Part shown: positions 12,662 to 26,021 of the stretch, piece by piece
How positions within the stretch are numbered: position 1 is the first letter of the stretch
How the letters are laid out: the number at the start of each line of letters is the position of its first letter
Assembly: GCF_963506605.1 (NCBI RefSeq)
Contig: NC_083284.1
Span: forward strand, 23,250,001 to 23,314,000
Direction of reading: 5' to 3'
From: Zootoca vivipara
Lineage: Eukaryota
DNA: 64,000 bases
Made by a program: the position numbers and the translations under genes
Notes under the pieces: generated by a model
Seen by the model: the letters and a program-made list of their open reading frames with translations, nothing else
What the model was told of the DNA's origin: nothing
Databases searched by the model: none

Positions 12662-13272
12662 TGCAGAGCCACAGGTTTTACAGATTGCTACAGGGTGAAA
12701 AGGAGAAGAAACACACCAGACCTTCTTGTACAATTCTTTGTAAGAGCAGCCATGGGAGAGCGTGAAAATGGCAATTATCATACCATACCATTTTCCATAT
12801 TCAGCTCATTTCCCCACACTGCTGTTTGTCCTTCTCTATTCCGAATCAAATTCTCTCAGCTTCTTTTTAAAGAAATTGAAATAGACATGGGGTCCAATTA
12901 GGAATCCTCCTCGTCTCATTTGACTTTAGTTGTCAGGGAGTCAAAAATCCATGCCAAGACTAACAGGTTTTTCTTACATGTCAGGATAAGTGATTATATA
13001 CATAAAAGATGACTGTGTTGTTGTTTTTTTCTGATAAATGAAGATCTCAGTTCTGCCGAGAAACATAAGGCAGCTTCAGACATTTTTACTTGCACCAAAG
13101 AACCTGGGCTATAACTGCCTCCACAATGTTCATGATGTGATTTGTAAGATGAGCACTTTATGCGGAAAGCATGTGTCCTCTTTTTCCTCCTACTTTTTAG
13201 ATGGGAAGAAAGTTAACTGTTTCAGTATCTGCATGGAGTGTCCAAGCATGGTAGGGGAGGGATCAATGGGTC

Positions 13273-13317
<45 letters not shown>

Positions 13318-13394
13318 AGAATAGTCTGCAAGTGGAGTACAACTGAAAACAACAACATCAAACATCAAAATTCCGGCATACAAAAGATGAACAG

Positions 13395-14600
13395 GTTAAA
13401 TCTGTCATGATGATACACTGGGCAAAAGACTTGGGACATAAAATCCAATTGGCAGATTGGGAAAGGTTATGGAAAACAGATCTGAAATTCACGGCATGTT
13501 GTACGCTGAAAGAAAATTATATGAAACTGGTGTACCCGGTGGTATTTGACTCCTAGTAAGTTAGCAAAAATGTATAGAAGAAGTACAAATACCTGTTGGA
13601 AATGTAAAGAAAAAGAAGGCACCTACTGTATTATCGTATGTGGTGGTCGTGTAAGGTAACAAAAGCTTTCTGGGAGGTGATATATAATGCAATGAAAAAA
13701 ATGTTTAAAATAACTTTTGTTGAAAAACCAGAAGCTTTTCTATTATTATACTGTATTTTATGCTGCTTTTATGTTGTCTTACAATTAAGTGTTTTAAATT
13801 TGTTGTTAGCCACCCTGACCCCAGGTTTTTGAACCGGGAAGGGCGGGGTATAAATAAAAAAATATTATTCATTATTATTTTTAGGAATTATAGGTACCGA
13901 CATTCCAAAGGAGCAGGAAAGACATTTTATTTATGTGACAACAGTCACTCAGATGCTGCTAGCCCAGAGATGGAAAGAAGAAAGAGTCCCTAAAAGGGAG
14001 GAATGGCAAACTAAGCTGATGGACTATGCCGAAATGGCAAAGCTGACTGGAAAAAAAAACTTTAATGGGAAAAATTTATAATTTATTTAAGAGACCACTG
14101 TAGGGAGATGAAAACATTAGCAGGATTTTAATCTCACTTGTAATGTAATAAATACCTATAGATAATATGGATGGATACAAAATATAGACTATGGAATAAT
14201 ATGCAGTTGCAAATGTTGACAATAGGACCAACTGGGGAGATGGGGGAAGTCTCGAGATTCAGAGTAATCTCTATACAGTCGTACCTCGGGTTACGAACAC
14301 CTCCGTTTGCGAACAGTTCGGGTTACGAACTGCGCAACCCTGGAAGTGCTTTCACCGTGCGTGCGTGCGCAGAAGCGTCGCGCGCGGTCTGCGCATGCGC
14401 AAAGCACGAAAATCGCAAAAAATGCGCTTTGCGCATGCGCAAAATGGCACTTCGGGTCGCATTCGGTTTACGAACTATTCGGGTTACGAACTGCGATCCG
14501 GAACGGATCATGTTCGTAACCCGAGGTATTACTGTATATGGATATGCATTTGGATTGTTATAAATTTATATTTGTAAAATCAAATAACAATTATTTCAAA
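13395..14600 (+). mobile_element. L1/Tx1-like LINE 3' fragment (ORF2 C-terminal Cys-rich region), interrupted by two insertions
   Basis: Reads ...[23 protein letters not shown]...[12 protein letters not shown]...[11 protein letters not shown]...MWWSC...FWEVI with frameshifts. Insertions at ~13745-13880 and 14276-14534. Confidence 0.8.
14276..14534. mobile_element. Tc1/mariner(Tigger)-like MITE, CpG-rich
   Basis: TA|CAGTCGTACCTCGGGTTACGAAC...GTTCGTAACCCGAGGTATTACTG|TA; TA TSD. Confidence 0.9.
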
Positions 14601-17600
14601 AGAAGGAAGGAAGGAAGGAAGGAAAGAAGGAAACATCAAAATTCCTAGTTCATGTAGACAGTGACTTAGTTTCTCCATATAACAAGATCCTATTGTATTG
14701 GACTAATCCTGAAGAACTCCATTGATTTCAGTAAAATGACTCTGTTTTAAATGGGAATCCTCAGGATTAAGTAGTGTGTGATTTCCAGATTTTTCATCCC
14801 AATCAAGATGTGGCTGGATTTACACTTGGGCAATTGTTTCAACTTAGTGGATAAAAGAGGTAACGATTAAGCATAAAAACATATTATCTTTTTACATACA
14901 ATTCATATTGTGTGTGTGTGTGTGTGTGTACACACACACACACACCTGAATAATGTATACCCAGTGCTTTTTTATAAAAAAAAGAAAGAAGGGTGCCAGT
15001 ATTCGCCATGAAGTTGTTACAGTAAGTGCCACACTTGTAACTTTGGGGGGTGGGGGTGGGTACCAGTACTGTGTATGCTTGAGTAGCCCCCGAATAAAAG
15101 CACTGACTGTACCCATGGCATTATTGGAATACATTATTGGAGCTGCATTTTCAGGTGGAATAAATGAGCAAAGCTGCTTAACTTCTGCTAATGCTCAAAT
15201 TACTGAACAAATAGAAGAACAACAACAAGAGGATGCATTTGTGTGGAGGGAAGCGTGTCTCTAAGTGGGCAGAAAGGATGTCACTCAATAACAAACATCT
15301 CTAAAAGAAGATTTCAATTTCTTAAAAGCATTTGATGGTGCGACGTGCAGCCCGAAAGTGGAGTTGCTGTGCATTTCATCACAAGGAAGGCAAATTTCAT
15401 TGACGGAAAGACAAACATCTTTGAGCGAGTCCTTTAAAATGAAAGAACATATGTTATGATTTGTACCTCTATGGCAATCCTGCGTGACAGACGGCCTGAG
15501 AATGTGAAAGGTCTGCTGCTGAGAGAACATTAAACAAACACTTAGACCAAGACAACAATCTCTCAAGTCTGCTACTGACAGGATGAGAAGCCTGAAGTTT
15601 TCACTGCCTGTCTTCATTCCTTTCACAAGCTCGGGTCTTCTGCGTTCCTCCCTAGAAAGAGGGAGTTAGAGATGTAAGTGTTAGGTCTCTCTCTCTCGAG
15701 GGAAGAAACTTGAGATAATCTGAAATGAAGAAGAGATGGACTCCGGTGAATTCGCAGTGATGAGTTGAAGGCACAGTGCACCTACAGATGAGTTTAACAG
15801 TTGAGCTCCTCAGGAGTGCAAGCAACTTATTTATGGCAATGCAGCTGGAGGCTAGAAAACCTAGGGATTTAGTAGGCTTTAGTAATGGAAGTTTGCACTG
15901 ACAAAAAGTTGGCCAGCAATTATCTTACAGGTAATTCAGACTGTCACAAGACTGACTTATTGGACTGGAAATGGCCAAAGCTATTAATTGCAAAGGGAAA
16001 CTCAAGGTATGGTTAAAAGCTTGACAACATAGGTCTTCTATCTGACCTGTTTGGGGCTTTGCCACCCAAAAGCCATTTTTGTGGTCACTTAACATCTCTC
16101 AAGGCCCTCTGTGGTTAAGTTGCCCCACAATGAGTCAATGGATCCCATTCTGCTTTCCTCAAGTCACCAGCCAGCAATAAGCTATTAGTTTAACCTCGTA
16201 ACTGAAATTAATATAGAATAAGGAGAAGCACGACACTGGGGGAGTTATTATCTGTCTTCCAGATGCGGAGGGTGAGGAAAATATGGGAGGAACACTGCTT
16301 TTAAAAAAAATAAAAAATAAAAATCATATTCCGATGGCCACAATCCAGGACCTGACTAATGACTTTGAAATGCTGCGGACAGAAGTTAAACAGGCATCTC
16401 GATCTAGATCACAAGGGAGCTCTTGATCAAGGACTGGAGAGGGCCAAAAGCAAGGGAAGCTCTGCAATTTGAAGTCCTGCCAGAAGCGTAAGAACCCCCC
16501 AGGTCTGTGCCTGTTGCAGGTACTAACAAAGGGAAAGTAGCCCTATGAGAGTAGGAGGTACAGTTCGAGGACGGAGAAATCAAGAAACAAGGAGACTGAG
16601 AAGGTACCAAATGGCCTTGTATATATCAACAGGATGCTTTAGCTGTGGTGTCAAATACTTCACACCACAAAGCTTCATTCTTGATCAAACTTATCTAAGA
16701 GAGATTTATAGATAGATGTTAGGTTTCCCTCTGGCACAATGACTGAAGGAGGTCATATCATATGGAGAGGGGTGGTGGTGGAAGAATCTAAAATGGCTCC
16801 CCCTGAGAACTTGCGCTCAGCATCGGGTATTTAAGAACTCCTGGCTCAGTTGAGTGAGGTAGAAAGTGGCAGGAAGTTGGAAAGCAAAATATAAATGGAG
16901 GAATATGGGATTAAACATACCCTGTATTGAAAATTGGGATTAAAGGTGACGCTTGATTCTGAAAAAGTTTATCACCACTGCACTATACCCTATAGCCTGA
17001 TCCTGTTTTATACAAATTAATTACAGTATTGGGCATTGTAAAATGCCTCTCCATTAATATGGATATTGTGCAAAATCATTTAGATGTAACAATAATTAAT
17101 CTGACACAAAAAGTTGTTATTAGAGGCGTTCTACAAATTGGCATGTCCAGGTCATTTGTCTTCTGTTTTGACCACTCAAATGCTTAGCCAAAACACAAAT
17201 GCTTAGCTCAACCAGCCATGGCATTGAGAGAATGGTACGGTATGTTACCTATTCATTTTCATCATAGCAACTTGGGGGGGGGGGTATTTTTAATTGCGAA
17301 AAAAGTGGAGTTGGAAAGCAGAAAATCTGATCACTAATCTCCTGGTCTGATATTTTTTCCATCCTTAGATAATGCAATAAAGATTAATTGTAAACTAATT
17401 GTTAAAATATTTTTTTAAAAAAAGAAAATTAAAGCCTTCTGTGGAATCTTCTGCTGCAAACTACTATTAAGAATTGTTATCATGCAAAAAGAAAACCAAC
17501 ACACATTCATTGGGGAAGTGTTATAAAAATTACAAAAAAAACCCAACATTTGCAGAAAATGGCATAATCAGAGAGTTAAAGTCCCAGAATTTCACTGTCT

Positions 17601-19624
17601 GTCTAAGAATGTGCAGGTGTGCAGTTTCTAATCGGCATTGCAACTGGCCTCAATGTTCCCCACAATGCAAAGTCAACAGGTCTGTAAAACAGAATGTCTC
17701 AGCTTATTCATCACATCTCCTTGTGGACTGTGTTGTAGGGGTCATAAATGAAATCATTCTGCTCTACAGAGTGATAAATGTTCTGTTCATGAGAGCCTGC
17801 TTTTCAACTTTGATAAGCCTGGGAGGCTAGGAGTCATTTTTTCCATTTGCAGGTTGACCCACAATTCCTTGAAGGCTTCTTCATACTGGGGTACCAGTTT
17901 CCCCATAGCAGTACTTTCAAATTTATATGGGGCTTATCCTGTCTCCATGTCTGCTTGTTTGTTTGTTTGTTTGTCTCTCTCTCTCTCTCTGTCTGTCTCT
18001 CCCCCCCCCCATCTCTCATCCTTTCAACCCAAAATCTGGTAACTCAATTCCATAGAAAGTTAGGAGTCCTTAAACCTTATTGGAATCAGTTGCACAAGTT
18101 GTAACTCATTTATGTCTCATTAATTTCAATAGGACTTTAGAAGAATTTTATTATTATTATTATTTCAGCCAATATGTGTGTTCTTCTTGAGCCCCACCCC
18201 ACCCCACCCATTTTTGACCTCCTCACCCCATCCAATAAAATAAAAGTCTGCCATTTGGACCAAAGTTGACTTGTGCGGGAAGCTTTATTTTTTCTGGCAG
18301 TATGGCTTGGGCCATTGAGCATCATACAAGCTGAATATTTTACCATCACATCATCAAATTAAGTTCTAGTCTCTTTGACTGAGGCTGGATTCAAACCAGG
18401 ATGATCTGAGTGAAAAACCACCCATTCTCTTTTATAAAGCACTCCATTACTTTTCCATTTCTTAATGGATGATCGCAATGTGGTCTGGGCTGCTTCTTTG
18501 CAAGCACTGAACTTGCTCTGTCTGCAGCTGGCAGGTCAAGATTGCACCTGTCTTCACCCTTCGACAACTGACAGTAGTTTAATTCACAACCTCTTGGTCT
18601 TCATTCAACAGGGCGAGTGGTGGATTGCTCACATTTTCCAGACAATGGCTTGAAAGTGATATTCCAAACCATATTTAGCATATGACTATCATGCATCATT
18701 TCTTTTGAAATATGGGGACTGGAAGTCCCATCTACAGCATATCCACCTTCCTTGCCGGGTCCGGCAAATGCAATTTAAATCATGGCAGCACTTTAGGAGC
18801 ATTTTAGAATCCCAGCTATATTAAATGCATCTGGTGTCATGTGGTGGGAATGGAGGCTGCTAAGAACTGGGCAAGCATTCAGCTTGATCCTCAAAGCTCT
18901 CAACTGGTGCCAGGACTTTTAAACTGAGCCAGGGTGGTATACGGCACATGACCACAAATTGGACCTTTGGGACAGTGCAATCTGCAGCTGTGGCCAACAG
19001 CAGCTTGTGAGTTTTGCTGAAGGCTTGGCAGACTGACTAAACCTGTGAGAAGGTTGAAATCCACAATGGATAACCGCATAGACTCACCTTTGAATTGCAC
19101 GGTCATATTCCGAAAAGCAGCTTTGCCCGTTTGTCATGCTTATTTTCCAGTATATTGCACCATCTTGCCCTCTAGAGGCCAAGCATTTGTCAGGTGGTCC
19201 ATTTTGACCTAGAAGTGAAGGGAGACCATTGCCATCTTCATACAATTTGATAAATGCCGGTTGTGTGGGAGCACAGCACACCCACTGTCCTGTCCTCTGT
19301 CCCCTATGCTCATTCAGCATAACTTCTGAAAACAGGTCATAGAATCTGGCCATGCAGCTGATAAATCCTGAAAATGGTATGTTCTCTAACCAAGAGAAAA
19401 CATCACATGAGAGTAGAATTTGTCTGCATGCAGGAGGTGGGAGAAAGGTTGAAGGCGGCAATCTCACCTCCTACCTCTAGGGGCACTCATGGTAATCCGT
19501 GAAGAGACTATTGTATCTCTGTCAGGGACAGGGAATGCTGCTGGATGCTTGAATGAATCGCAGCTGATAGGAACATAAGGATGATGAAGAAGAAGAAGAA
19601 GAGGAGGAGGAGGAGGAGTAGTAG

Positions 19625-19841
19625 TTTGGATTTGATATCCCGCTTTATCACTACCCTAAGGAGTCTCAAAGCGGCTAACATTCTCCTTTCCCTTCCTCCT
19701 CCCCAACAAACACTCTGTGAGGTGAGTGAGGCTGAGAGACTTCAGAGAAGTGTGACTAGCCCAAGGTCACCCAGCAGCAGCATGTGGAGGAGCGGGGACG
19801 CGAACCCGATTTACCAGATTACGAGTCCACCACACTGGCTG
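19625..19841 (-). mobile_element. tRNA-derived SINE (second family)
   Basis: Reverse complement of the element at 28643-28875, with a simple-repeat tail. Confidence 0.8.
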
Positions 19842-22813
19842 GATCATAAGGAACATATTGCATTAGACCTCCCCTCCTCCTTCTCCCCTCCTTCTGTATG
19901 CACCCCCTCCATCTGCACTGGAGAGTGGGAGAACCCCTCAAAGTAGATTTGGGGAGGGGTGCATGCAGGGAGGGGGGACATTCTGTGGCACAAGAAGACA
20001 TCATCCCACGAGTGCAACGATTTCGTTGGCTTCAACCATTGGACTTTTTTTTTTTTTGGCCAAGGAGTTCCCTGACCGTAGCTCTCCGTGGTCTTCCCCC
20101 ATTTTTATACCTTTGAACTTGAGATGCCAAGGATTGAAACTGTGCATGTTGTCTGTCCCTGAGCTGTGGCCTCTCTCTGGGACTGCTCATCTCTGTTTAA
20201 GACACTCTGGACAGGGTCAATAGAAGACACCAAGGGTGTCCTTCCAGCTGCTGGGTAACACTAGGATTACTGGTCTGCCTTTGCTGTAGGTACATTCATT
20301 CTCCCCCTAACTATAGAAGGTGTGCAGGATGCAGATGCTAAACAACTTTTTCATACCTGTGGGCACATTTGCAATTTTTTTAGGGAGTGCCATGGGTTCA
20401 ACCCCTTCTAGCCACCTTTAGTAGAATAAGTCAAAACCTGGGAAAATACATAGAGCTGAAAGAGGAAGTGGGAAAGTGTCACTCTTCTAATTTCCTCCTT
20501 CAGCTCTCAAGGGAGAAGAAAGCAGCAACCCACACCATCTCACGGCCAAGGAGGCATTAGGGAGATCAGAGGTTTTGTGGGCACCAGGGGAAGACCTCAA
20601 GGGCACCATTTTGACAATCCTTGTGCTAAGCTGCCAGGTACAGCACCCCTGCTCTGCAGTCACAGTCCCCAAGGTAATTGCAGAGGAATTCTTGCCTGTG
20701 GAGAGCAGCGTGGATGATTCAGTTGTTGGTGGTGGAAAAACCTCTCCATGGAAGGAGCAGAAATATGGAAGAAGCAAGCCTATAGACTAGCTGACTGCAG
20801 CTTGTAAACATTAACAGCAGATCACACATTGCTACCAGGGGTGATGCCAGATTCAAAAGGGGAGAGTGGGAGAGAAATATTCAGCACAGAGCAGCAATTT
20901 GATCACTGAAGTGCTATATAAATGATAAGCATTATTATGATGGATGTGGTCAATTTCTTTCCCTTCCTGCGGTAGTCTCCTGCATGTGTTCTAGGAGGGA
21001 TCTGTGCACAGAAGCCTATTTCCGGGCACTGATCTCTTCTCTCTGGACCAGGGCCAATGCGTTTAGGCCTGGGAATGTTAGAAGTTTAGGCCAAACTGTC
21101 TGTATTCAGTAATCCAAGAATGCATCTAGCAAACACTGCTCTCTTGCCCCCCCTTTTTTGTTTCAGTGACTTTGATTCAGCTCTTGCAGGTTTCTTGGTC
21201 AGACAGATTGGGTTGCAGTCCTGCCCTGGCTAGGAGTGTCTCATCATGAAACCATAAACCAGAAAAGGGGACCTGAACTGGGACTGAGAAAATGTTGATT
21301 AGATTTGAAGCACTGGATGGATACCTCTTCCTTGTGTTGCTTTCCTGACATGTACAATTATGATGATGACATTTGAATTGTCCAGTCCAGGAGTTCAGAA
21401 AACACAAGGTTAGCTATATATGAACTTAGATTTCAAGCCACTGCAAAGAAGAATGAAAGGGCTTACTGAATGCAAGATTATTATTTTTTTCAAATGACTC
21501 CAATTTTGTACAGAGGAGATACAGAAGATCACGTTGCACATGGTTGCCTTTTCTCTGACTGAAACTCTTGCCCTGATTTCCCCTTTGCACTCTGGACTTC
21601 CCTTAATTTAGCCCAATGCAAATTTCTAGGTCACAACCTTAGGAAAAATGATAGGAAGTGTTAGATGTAGTGCTGGACTTGAGTAATGATAGGATCAGAT
21701 AAGCTAATGGGGAGAGAGGTTCTGGAGGTTGCCAGAAAACCAATAACACAAGTTTCTGGCTTTCAGTTTTGGCCACAAACTCCACAGCATCATTTCAGAT
21801 CTTTGTCTAACTGACAGCTATCCTGTGATTTTTGCAGCCAGCTGTTCACATAGTACTAGAGGCAATTTGAAGTTACCTCTTAATGTGTTTTTATTCGACT
21901 TCTATTAAGTTATTCTACCCATTGCTAAAAGGTAGCTACCAGATGAACCATAGCACTATCTATTGGCCCAGTGGTAAATGAGTTAAAGTAAAGCTATATG
22001 TGAAGCGAAGTACAGTATGTAAATATAATTGTTATAAGTAATGAGAAGTTCCCCTTGGTGCCAATAGAAGCTTCCCTTGAGATAGAAGTAGCTGGTCCAG
22101 AGAGGAGATTGTTGTCAGGACTGTAGCAGAGAGACAAAGAGTTAAACTCCCCCTTGCTACCTCCCATGGTATTGAAGCTGCCTGGGCTTCCTCATGGCTG
22201 TTATTAACAAAAAAATGCAATAACATCACGTCTTGTTTGGAGCTAAAGCCCCAAGGTTTATCTGCTTATTGGTCAATGTGTTGATCTATTTGTAGAATAA
22301 GTGACTTTTACCAGTGAGCTCCCAGCAGCTGATAAACGCAACTATTTAATCAAAGTACTTGAGCACAACCTTTTGCACAAGAGATGGGATACCTAGAGCT
22401 GATTCTTAGTTTAGGTGCTGCCCTGGGTACCTTGGTGTTAGCCAAGGAGAATGCATAAATTGTGAAGAATACATTTAGGTATACAAACATCTAGTGGGTG
22501 TGCAGCAGGAATGTGTAGCCAATCACAGCTGCCAATACATGAGCAAGGAATAGAGCCATGCTAAGCAGCCGCACCCCTGGCAGCTGCACACACAGCTGCA
22601 CACAGTGCAAACATCTGCAGGCAGGGAGACTTCTTCACACAAACAATTGCATGTGTGGAGGTTTGCATGTGATCTGGAACCCCAGTTGCTCAGGGATTCA
22701 AATTGTGTGGAAGCCTCTGTAAACGTGAAAGCTCTCTCCCTGCTGATGTGATGGACCGAATGAATAAGCATTGGGGTGTGTAGCTAGTCAGCACAATGAC
22801 ATTAGAGGTGCAT

Positions 22814-23200
22814 GTTTCCAAGCACAATTCAAAGTGTTGGTGCTGACCTGTAAAGCCCTAAATGGCCTCGGCACAGTATACCTGCAGGGGCATCTCCACC
22901 CCCATTGTTCAGCCTGGACACTGAGGTCCACCTCTCAGGGCCTTCTGGAGGTTCCCTCACTGTGAGAAGCCAAGTTACAGGGAACCAGACAGAGGGCCTT
23001 CTCAGCCGTGGTGCTCTCCCGTGGAACGCCCTCCCATCAGATGTCAAGGAAATAAACAACTATCTGACTTTTAGAAGACATCTGAAGGCAGCCCTGTTTT
23101 GGGAAGATTTTAATATTTGACATCTTATTATGTTTTTATATGTTTGGAAGCCACCCAGAGTGGCTGGGGAAACCCAGCCAGATGGGTGGGGTTTAAATAA
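22814..23200 (+). mobile_element. L2 3' fragment
   Basis: QFKVLVLT.KALNGLG..., ending ccagagtggctggggaaacccagccagatggg. Confidence 0.88.
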
Positions 23201-23272
23201 TGAAATTGTTGTTGCTGTTGTTGTTGTTACACTTGGCACAACATGTGAGTAAATCACCTGTGTAGGACTAAA

Positions 23273-23413
23273 TCAGGGAAGAGAAACCTGTAGTCTTCCA
23301 GATGTTGCTACACTCCCAACTCCCAGTAGCCCAAGCCATCATAGTCCGTGGTCAGGGATTATGGCAGTTGTTGTCCAGAAACATCTGGAGGGCCCACAGG
23401 TTCTCTGTTCCTG
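23273..23413. mobile_element. Old short palindromic MITE
   Basis: aacctgt..ttccagatgtt ... aacatctggagggcccacaggtt inverted arms. Confidence 0.6.
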
Positions 23414-23872
23414 GACTCAGCCATTTCATATGAATCCTTCTAAGATTCATCTTCAGTTTGGAAATTTTTATCTTTCTATCCGACTGGAAATACTATGAAG
23501 AGACAGAGTTCCCTGAGCTGTTTTGGCACACCTACAGCTTTGGCTCGAACTGGAAAGTCCAGAGGTGCAGTGAAATGAAAACAATGTGGTAAAGAATATA
23601 TCATAACTGTCAGTGCTAGGCATTCAATGGCCCATCAATACTTCATGGTAGCAGCAGCACAGGATGAAGGCTTCCCTGGTCTGTTCTGTAAAACGACAGG
23701 TCCATTTCTGAAGAGAAACCACTGGTCATTAATGCATGCATGCATACCGACAGAAAAAGACATATGTTTCAGCAATTTCTAGAAAATGAAGCTTTAGGGG
23801 ATCAGGAGACAATGTTCATTGGGACCATGATGCAGGGGGCAGGGCTTCCCTTTGGGTGCTATTTAAGAAATT

Positions 23873-23918
<46 letters not shown>

Positions 23919-24155
23919 TATAATCACACAGTTCACATATCATCTGGAACAGTGGTGGGGAATCTGTGGCCTTCTAGGTATTAACTCCCATTAGTACTAG
24001 CTAACATGGCCAGGGATGATGGGAGTTGCAGTCAAGTGAATTCTTCCTTTGGTCTTTTGTGAAGAGGTCTGGAGCAAGCTGAACTTTGTTTTGGGAGTCT
24101 TAGTCCATCAAGGAAGGGGCATGAAGCTTAATGGCACTTGTACATTTGGGTCCCC

Positions 24156-24484
24156 ATGGGTTAAACCACACAGAGCCTAGGGCTTGCCGACCGGAAGGTT
24201 GGCGGTTCGATTCCCCGTGACAGGGTGAGCTCCCATTGCTCGGTCCCAGCTCCTGCCAACCTAGCAGTTCGAAAGCACGTCGAAGTGCAAGTAGATAAAT
24301 AGGTACCGCTACAGCGGGAAGGTAAACGGCATTTCTGTGCGCTGCTCTGGTTCGCCAGAAGCGGCTTTGTCATGCTGGCCACATGACCTGGAAGCTGTAC
24401 GCCGGCTCCCTTGGCCAATAATGTGAGATGAGCGCCACAACCCCAGAGTCGGTCACGACTGGACCTAATAGTCAGGGGTACCTT
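24156..24484 (+). mobile_element. Sauria SINE
   Basis: ggttaaaccacagagcctagggcttgccga...gttcga...ggacctaa..tcaggggtaccttt; 13-bp TSD TACATTTGGGTCC at 24141-24153 and 24485-24497. Confidence 0.9.
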
Positions 24485-25111
24485 TACATTTGGGTCCAAT
24501 AGGGAAATGAGCTTTGAAGCCAACTGGAGCAGGTATGGGTGTAGATTGCTAAAGTCATCTAGGCTAAAGGGAATATCTCTCCCTATAAGAGATGGCCATG
24601 TCCTTTCACAATATTTGCTTAACCAGCCCAGGCTCAGATGCTTATTGTTTTTGGAAAAAATTGTGAATGTGAGAGAGTTATGTTGATATGATTAACTCCA
24701 GCGCTTGAGTTTCTGGCACCATGGGATCTGTTTTAATCTTCAGATAACTGATATTTAGAAATTAAGGGTGTGCATCTTTATCAGAAGCCAAAAATCAGAA
24801 GCCAAAGAAGGGCACTTGGGAAAGAATCAGTGCTAGTTCAAGCCAAAGCAGGATCTTTCTGAAGTGCCCTGAACTGAATCATTGAAAAGTGCATTAATCT
24901 AGTCAACTTCAGAGACTAGAAGTGTGTGTGGGGGGGGGAGGCAGCATGACATCTATCCTTCTGAAACATTGCAAATTTCTTACCTAGAGGCACGTCTCTG
25001 ATCACAAAACAATATGTTTTAGTCTTTAGTCTTTTTTTAATCACCTCAAAACTGTAAAGGCTACCATTGCAGGAAAATCACTGTGACTATCCTTCTGAAA
25101 TATGGCATAAT

Positions 25112-26021
25112 TCATAGAATCATAGAATCATAGAGTTGGAAGAGACCACAAGGGCCATCCAGTCCAACCCCCTGCCGAGCAGGAAACACCATCAAAGCAT
25201 TCTTGACATATGCCTGTCAAGCCTCTGCTTAAAGACCTCCAAAGAAGGAGACTCCACCACACTCCTTGGTAGCAAATTCCACTGCCGAACAGCACTTACT
25301 GTCAGGAAGTTTTTCCTAATATTTAGGTGGAATCTTCTTTCTTGTAGTTTGAATCCATTGCTCCGTGTCTGCTTCTCTGGAGCAGCAGAAAACAACCTTT
25401 CACCCTCTTCTATATGACATGCTTTTATATATTTGAACATGGCTATCATATCACCCCTTAACCTTCTCTTCTCCAGGCTAAACATACCCAGCTCCCTAAG
25501 CCGTTCCTCATAAGGCATCATTTCCAGGCCTTTGACCATTTTGGTTGCCCTCTTCTGGACACGTTCCAGCTTGTCAGTATCCTTCTTGAACTGTGGTGCC
25601 CAGAACTGGACACAGTACTCCAGGTGAGGTCTGACCAGAGCAGAATACAGTGGTACTATTACTTCCCTTGATCTAGATGCTATACTCCTATTGATGCAGC
25701 CCAGAATTGCATTGTCTTTTTTAGCTGCTGCATTACACTGTTGACTCATGTCAGGTTTGTGGTCTACCAAGACTTCTAGATCTTTTTCACATGTACTGCT
25801 CTCAAGCCAGGGGTCACCCATCCTGTATTTGTGCCTTTCATTTTTTTTGCCCAAGTGTAGTACTTTACATTTCTCCTTGTTAAAATTCATCTTATTTGCT
25901 TTGGCCCAGTTGTCTAATCTGTTAAGGTCATTTTGAAGTGTTATCCTGTCCTCTGGGGTATTAGTCACCCCTCCCAATTTGGTGTCACCTGCAAACTTGT
26001 TCAGGATGCCCTCAAGCCCAT
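25112..26021 (-). mobile_element. CR1 LINE 3' fragment
   Basis: ORF 25192..25977 has CR1 motifs (LYSALVRPHLEYCVQFWAP, LFSLEKRRLRGD-like) and an (ATTCTATG)n-type tail. Confidence 0.93.

Larger units (their letters stand above)
11846..12678. mobile_element. Older short palindromic hAT-type MITE interrupted by the Pack-hAT
   Basis: cagatgttg...gatgatgggagctggagtccagccacatttgcagagc|cacaggtt. Removing the insert plus one TSD restores the family motif acatctggagggccacaggtt seen at about 23381-23402. Confidence 0.65.

Noticed and set aside
12213-12781. The AP4E1-like segment as the functional AP4E1 gene or a processed pseudogene
   Set aside because: The reading frame stops after 34 aa, with no donor site and no downstream AP4E1 exons recognised in the window. 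There is no poly(A) or exon-exon junction, and it is enclosed by TIRs and a TSD.
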